DNA of 64,000 nt from an uncultured virus (IMG/VR IMGVR_UViG_3300025789_000021). Lineage: Duplodnaviria; Heunggongvirae; Uroviricota; Caudoviricetes. Under the pieces are notes generated by a model. It saw only the letters and a list, made by a program, of their open reading frames with translations. It ran no database searches and was not told the DNA's origin. The stretch lies in the IMG/VR virus record IMGVR_UViG_3300025789_000021; one strand, written 5' to 3'. Shown here one piece after another: positions 59,538 to 64,000 of the stretch; within the stretch, counting starts at the first letter, position 1; each line of letters begins with the position of its first letter. The translations under genes and the position numbers were made by a program.

Positions 59538-59574
59538 GAAAAGGAGAGAAGAAATTCTCTCCTTTTCTTTTGTT
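59538..59574 (+). terminator. Intrinsic terminator after the major capsid gene
   Basis: 13-bp stem GAAAAGGAGAGAA-GAAA-TTCTCTCCTTTTC followed by a T-rich tail. Confidence 0.85.
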
Positions 59575-59613
59575 TATAATTGACAAATGCTGCTGACTAT
59601 GATAAATAAAAGT

Positions 59614-60414
59614 ATGAAACATTTTATTTACAAAACAACTCACAAAAACGGCAAATACTATATTGGCAGACATAGCACCGACAACATAGAAGATGGTTAT
59701 GTTGGGTCAGGTAAATGGCCATTGTCCATTAAAGATAAATCATCACTGACTCGTGAAATATTGGAGTTTGTTGATGATTTTGACACGCTGGTTAAACGTG
59801 AAGGCGAATATCTCACAGAACATTATGGTAAACCCAATTGCATGAATAATAACATTGATCCCATTGGATTTGATTCCGGTGATAATAATCCGATGCGAAA
59901 TCCCGAGATAGCGGCAAAGATATCCGGAGATAATCACTGGCTAAAGCGAAATCCGGAAAGAAAAGAAGATTTTAGGAACCAACAGCTTAATAGGGTTAAA
60001 GACGGGAGTCACAATTTTTTGGGAAACGATAATCCAAACAAAGATGGAAGAAACGCCAAATTGGCATATGAACGTGGAACACACAATACCTTGACTAACA
60101 ACCCATCAACCGTAAATGCTACTAATGGGACACACCATTGGCAAGATGGTAAAAGTCCAAACTACCAAGGAAAACTTAATAAAAGGTTAGTTGAAGAAGG
60201 TCGTCATAATTTCCTTGGTCCGGAGTTGAATCAGAAACGGATTGATGAAGGAAATCATAATCTTGTTGGATCAGACACGAATCTTAAAATGTTAGCCGAA
60301 GGTAAACATCCATCACAACAAAAGAAAACCTGTGAACATTGTGGAAAAACTGCGAGTGTTGGGATGTATAAACGTTGGCACGGTGATAACTGTAAGAACA
60401 ATAAGGACAAGTGA
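59614..60414 (+). CDS. Free-standing GIY-YIG (Seg-like) homing endonuclease
   Basis: FIYKTT...YYIGRHST...DGYVGSG, repeated G.HN(F/L) motifs, C-terminal CEHC...YKRWHGDNC. Confidence 0.82.
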   Translation: MKHFIYKTTHKNGKYYIGRHSTDNIEDGYVGSGKWPLSIKDKSSLTREILEFVDDFDTLVKREGEYLTEHYGKPNCMNNNIDPIGFDSGDNNPMRNPEIAAKISGDNHWLKRNPERKEDFRNQQLNRVKDGSHNFLGNDNPNKDGRNAKLAYERGTHNTLTNNPSTVNATNGTHHWQDGKSPNYQGKLNKRLVEEGRHNFLGPELNQKRIDEGNHNLVGSDTNLKMLAEGKHPSQQKKTCEHCGKTASVGMYKRWHGDNCKNNKDK

Positions 60415-60416
60415 AT

Positions 60417-60581
60417 ATGAATGAAGAAGAGCCAATCAACGAATATAAAAAGGAACCACAGATGCTCACTAAAGAGTTCTGTGAAGAATTGGTGCGGAGA
60501 GGAAAAGAAAATATAGAAAAATCTACACAAGCACTTAAGGAACTATATCAAGAACTGGGAATTTCGGATGAAGATCAATGA
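60417..60581 (+). CDS. Small hypothetical protein (54 aa), absent from the ORF track
   Basis: MNEEEPINEYKKEPQMLTKEFCEELVRRGKENIEKSTQALKELYQELGISDEDQ; AAGGA upstream; fills the gap. Confidence 0.55.
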   Translation: MNEEEPINEYKKEPQMLTKEFCEELVRRGKENIEKSTQALKELYQELGISDEDQ

Positions 60582-60864
60582 AATTACTGAAAAGAATATG
60601 GTTTGGAAAAATCTTATGGAGTTTGACTTTGACTTTGATACAGAATATAACAATGCAGAAAATTTCTCACGAATAGTACTTAAGGTTAAACACCGAAACA
60701 AATATCAGATAGCACATGAGTTAATGGATCACTTCAATAGCCGCGCCAAAGATTTCATTGATGCTAACCCATTTGATCCTACTGACCCAGATATCATTGC
60801 GCTACAAAATAAAGTGAGAAAGATGATTGCCAATTTGAATCAACTTGCTACGCAACTTATTTAA
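60568..60864 (+). CDS. Hypothetical protein with MKINEI leader
   Basis: 98-aa ORF in the plus-strand run. Confidence 0.65.
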   Translation: MKINEITEKNMVWKNLMEFDFDFDTEYNNAENFSRIVLKVKHRNKYQIAHELMDHFNSRAKDFIDANPFDPTDPDIIALQNKVRKMIANLNQLATQLI

Positions 60865-60877
60865 AGGAAAAGATGAA

Positions 60878-61132
60878 ATGAAAGACAATGAGTGTGTTGA
60901 AATCCTTGAAGACGGAACAGTATATTACTTTGATCTGGATGTATGCAACAGAGAAGCAGAAAAGGCAATTGAAGAACTTCACATGAAAGAAGGAGTACTT
61001 CCAAACTTTGACTATACTTCATCAATTTTCACTCTCTTTATAAGTTCCATTCAAATCCTTAGTCAGTCTGGCTGGACAACGGATGAATTACTACAGGAAG
61101 TTCTGAACCATTCAGAAGCCGAAGATGAGTAA
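60878..61132 (+). CDS. Hypothetical acidic protein
   Basis: AAGGA before ATG 60878; TAATG overlap with the next gene. Confidence 0.65.
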   Translation: MKDNECVEILEDGTVYYFDLDVCNREAEKAIEELHMKEGVLPNFDYTSSIFTLFISSIQILSQSGWTTDELLQEVLNHSEAEDE

Positions 61133-61686
61133 TGAAAATCAGTGAAATGACAATGAGAGGACCAGACCTCTCAAAACAGGCAGAACAATTTGTACAAAAC
61201 AATAAAGACCAATGGTATAAAAATGGTAAACATGTAGCAGACATTGAAGACTTTAAAGTCTTACATGATGGTAGTAACTATTATTCATTGTGGGATGATA
61301 CAGCTTTCGTGGCATGTTGTTCGCTAACAGACGAGAACACCGTAGATAACGTTTATGTTAGTCCAGATTACAGAGGCAAGAAGATTTTGTCAATGTTATT
61401 GTGGTTTTTTAAGACCAGACTAAATCGTTCACCATTAATTTTGGGTAGTGTTCATTCTAAGGATATGCAGGAAGTTATCAAGGGACTATCACGTTTTAAC
61501 AAATACTGGCACAATGTGAATACCGGAGAGAATGCGCCTTTTAGTATAGACACACTGGATAAATTTTATAGCTATGTAGAGGTCACACCATGGCGTCTCG
61601 TATTGGAAAATGACGGTGAGTTTAACTGGCCGATGTATAATGGTGGTGGATTTGTTAAGGAGGCATATGAGCCATACATAGACTAA
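61132..61686 (+). CDS. GNAT-like acetyltransferase (putative) with MKISEM leader
   Basis: VDNVYVSPDYRGKKI resembles GNAT motif A. Confidence 0.5.
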   Translation: MKISEMTMRGPDLSKQAEQFVQNNKDQWYKNGKHVADIEDFKVLHDGSNYYSLWDDTAFVACCSLTDENTVDNVYVSPDYRGKKILSMLLWFFKTRLNRSPLILGSVHSKDMQEVIKGLSRFNKYWHNVNTGENAPFSIDTLDKFYSYVEVTPWRLVLENDGEFNWPMYNGGGFVKEAYEPYID

Positions 61687-61693
61687 ATACATC

Positions 61694-62254
61694 ATGCGTA
61701 TATCAGAACTCCTCACAGAATCAGAAATCTTGGATGAAATCAGTCGTCCTCATTTAATGGATGCAAGAGATATTCTTAGAAGAGCCGGATACAAACAATT
61801 AGGTTCCGGAACCTTTGCATATGTATACGCTAAACAGGATGCTCCAAATTGTCTTAAACTATTTGTAGCAAAGGACACGGCCTATATTGAATTTATTAAT
61901 CTTGCAATGAGTAATCCCAATCCGCACTTTCCTAAGTTTAAAGGTAAGTTGATGAAGATAACAAATCATTACTACGCCATTCAAATGGAAAGATTATCTC
62001 CCATTGACTATGTAGAAATGCGTACTATGATGTACGCAATTGACAATTATACCTCTGATATTTACTATAGTGGCAAGGCAAGTGATGCTTCTTTAGCAAA
62101 CATGGAAGAAGTTGAAAAGAAGCAGCCGGGAATTACTAAAGCTTGCGAGGCTATAGCAACAACCATCACGCGTGGAAGATCGTTAGATATGCACCGTGGA
62201 AACTTCATGATGCGTGGAAATGTTCTGGTTATTACTGATCCGGTGGCATGTTAA
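61694..62254 (+). CDS. Minimal protein-kinase-like protein
   Basis: LGSGTFAYVY (Gly loop), CLKL (catalytic Lys), IQMERL, DMHRGNFM (catalytic loop), ITDP. Confidence 0.75.
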   Translation: MRISELLTESEILDEISRPHLMDARDILRRAGYKQLGSGTFAYVYAKQDAPNCLKLFVAKDTAYIEFINLAMSNPNPHFPKFKGKLMKITNHYYAIQMERLSPIDYVEMRTMMYAIDNYTSDIYYSGKASDASLANMEEVEKKQPGITKACEAIATTITRGRSLDMHRGNFMMRGNVLVITDPVAC

Positions 62255-62255
62255 T

Positions 62256-62825
62256 ATGAAAATAACAGAACTCCTCACAGAATCAGAGATATTGGACGAA
62301 ATAAGCCGACCAAAACGTTCAGAAGCACATAATATTCTTATGAATGCAGGCTATGAAATGTTGGGTTATGGAATATTTGCTAATGTGTATGCTAAGCCCG
62401 GTGAAAATGGTGTCCTCAAACTTTTTGATTCCGAAGACGAAGCATATCAGAAATTTGTTTATATGGCAATGAGTAATCCCAATCCGCACTTTCCTAAGTT
62501 TAAAGGCAAGATGATGAAGATAACGGACGAATACTACGCGATTCGTATGGAAAAATTGACTCCTTTACCCGATACACCAGATACTGCATCATATGCAAAA
62601 AAGATTTCAGCATATGTTAAACTGATACAGAACAAATCGGGGCGAATACGATCTGATGCCGACGAATTGATAAGTGATATTGACGAGATTGAAAAAGAAC
62701 AGCCCGGAATTAAATATGCCTGTAATATGATTGGGAACAGGTTTAAAGAAGAAATCATAGACATTCACAACGATAATATCATGCTGCGAGGAAACATATT
62801 GGTTATAACTGATCCAGTTATCTAA
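62256..62825 (+). CDS. Minimal protein-kinase-like protein (tandem paralogue)
   Basis: LGYGIFANVY, VLKL, IRMEKL, DIHNDNIM, ITDP; likely start ATG 62256. Confidence 0.75.
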   Translation: MKITELLTESEILDEISRPKRSEAHNILMNAGYEMLGYGIFANVYAKPGENGVLKLFDSEDEAYQKFVYMAMSNPNPHFPKFKGKMMKITDEYYAIRMEKLTPLPDTPDTASYAKKISAYVKLIQNKSGRIRSDADELISDIDEIEKEQPGIKYACNMIGNRFKEEIIDIHNDNIMLRGNILVITDPVI

Positions 62826-62901
62826 CCGTTTCGCGATTGTCTTTGCACTTCCTTAAATTTATACTAAGGCTAAATACAGTATAAGATAATGGAAGCAATA
62901 C

Positions 62902-64000
62902 ATGACATCACAGCCCTTTAACTCATTGAGTGGTTATACAGCAGGAATTCCTCCAGTAAGAATAGTAGATGGCAACGGAAATGTTGTTACCAACGTCTTT
63001 ACTTCTGGAAACGTTGCCGCTGGTGCCTTCTATTCTAATGATTATTTTTTAGCAAATGGTGCACCCTTTTCGGCTCCTGCTGGAGGCTCAAATACACAGA
63101 TTCAATTTAATAATAATGGAATAAGTGGTGGTATTCCAAGCGTTACGTGGAATGGAAGTAAAATAAGTTTAGGTAACGTATCTAATGTTTCAATTGGTGG
63201 TGGTCTTAACGGCTATTTTTTACAGACTGATGGTTCTGGAAATCTAACATGGTCTCTCGGAGGAAGTGGAGGAAATGGATCACCGGGTGGTTCTAACACA
63301 CAAGTCCAGTTTAATCAAAATGGTGCATTTGCTGGTGCTTCCGGGTTCACATATAATACGAATAATAACACACTTTCTGTCACAGGAATAATAAATGCAG
63401 CAAATCTTGTTGCAACAAACATAAACACAACCGGAAATATCGTTAGTAACTATTTTTCTGGCAATGGGGCAGGACTTACTGGAATTACAACACAATATGC
63501 AAATTACGTAACATCAAATTCCCAGCCAAACATTACCAGCACTGGAACGCTAACAAACCTTTCAGTTTCAGGAAATATCATATCTTCACAGTATGTGAGT
63601 GCGGCAAATATCCAAACGGGTGGACAGACACAGACCGGAACATTAGTAGTTACCAATAATACTACCTTAAACGGCACTACGATTGGTCTTGGGCAGATAA
63701 ACTTTACGAACTCGCCAAATATTTCACTCGGTCCAATCTCAAATTTGCATATTTCTGGTGGTCTTAATGGCTATGTTCTCACTACCGATGGATTAGGCAA
63801 TTTAAGTTGGGAAGTCGGCGGCGGGGGCGGCGGGGGAAACACTTCTCCCGGTGGGTCAAACTCACAGGTCCAGTTCAATTCAAATGGATTGTTTGGTGGA
63901 AGCCCATATCTTACATATGATAATTTTGCGCATGCTCTTACCGTTGGTGGAAACTTAATTGCAAATGCATTACAAATTGGTTCTGGTGTATATGAATTCT
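62902..64000 (+). CDS. Fibre-like virion structural protein, truncated by the window end; absent from the ORF track
   Basis: Starts MTSQPFNSLSGYTAGIPP and appears open to the edge; three GGSN(T/S)Q(I/V)QFN repeats, GY(F/V)L.TDG.GNL.W repeats and a QPNIT motif; TAAATA at 62871. Confidence 0.75.
   Translation, partial: MTSQPFNSLSGYTAGIPPVRIVDGNGNVVTNVFTSGNVAAGAFYSNDYFLANGAPFSAPAGGSNTQIQFNNNGISGGIPSVTWNGSKISLGNVSNVSIGGGLNGYFLQTDGSGNLTWSLGGSGGNGSPGGSNTQVQFNQNGAFAGASGFTYNTNNNTLSVTGIINAANLVATNINTTGNIVSNYFSGNGAGLTGITTQYANYVTSNSQPNITSTGTLTNLSVSGNIISSQYVSAANIQTGGQTQTGTLVVTNNTTLNGTTIGLGQINFTNSPNISLGPISNLHISGGLNGYVLTTDGLGNLSWEVGGGGGGGNTSPGGSNSQVQFNSNGLFGGSPYLTYDNFAHALTVGGNLIANALQIGSGVYEF

Noticed and set aside
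5823..63495. Numerous antisense and alternate-frame ORFs in the track (for example 34687-35220, 52212-52925, 55640-56038)
   Set aside because: They are shadows of long genes with biased codon usage and show no independent signals.
1..64000. Stop-codon reassignment as seen in some jumbo phages
   Set aside because: Core genes are full length and tightly packed under the standard code.

Overview
This 64-kb window comes from the virion-morphogenesis region of an AT-rich, T4-related (myovirus-like, probably jumbo) bacteriophage read in the standard code. Minus strand 1-41740 carries a UDP-glucose dehydrogenase gene broken in two by a naturally split intein with a free-standing GIY-YIG endonuclease gene between the halves. 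It also carries a translationally coupled array of small paralogues, tail fibres with a chaperone, and a baseplate operon (a 5928-aa giant protein plus gp6-, gp25-, gp5-, gp53- and gp48/54-like genes). Plus strand 41867-46760 holds a gp55-like late sigma factor, gp47/gp46 and a resolvase-like nuclease, followed by an ORF-free, densely base-paired ~470-nt candidate large ncRNA and an inverted-repeat cluster. A gp26-like chaperone on the minus strand ends in a -1 slippery site leading into a start-less ORF. Plus strand 48739-64000 holds tape measure (lysozyme and M15 peptidase domains), portal, protease, scaffold, major capsid, a second GIY-YIG endonuclease, small proteins with an MKIxE leader (one GNAT-like, two kinase-like) and a truncated fibre gene. 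The main highlights are the split intein in ugd, the candidate ncRNA, the programmed frameshift, probable leaderless late mRNAs and putative capsid-packaged kinases. All calls come from motifs read by eye; no database searches were run.
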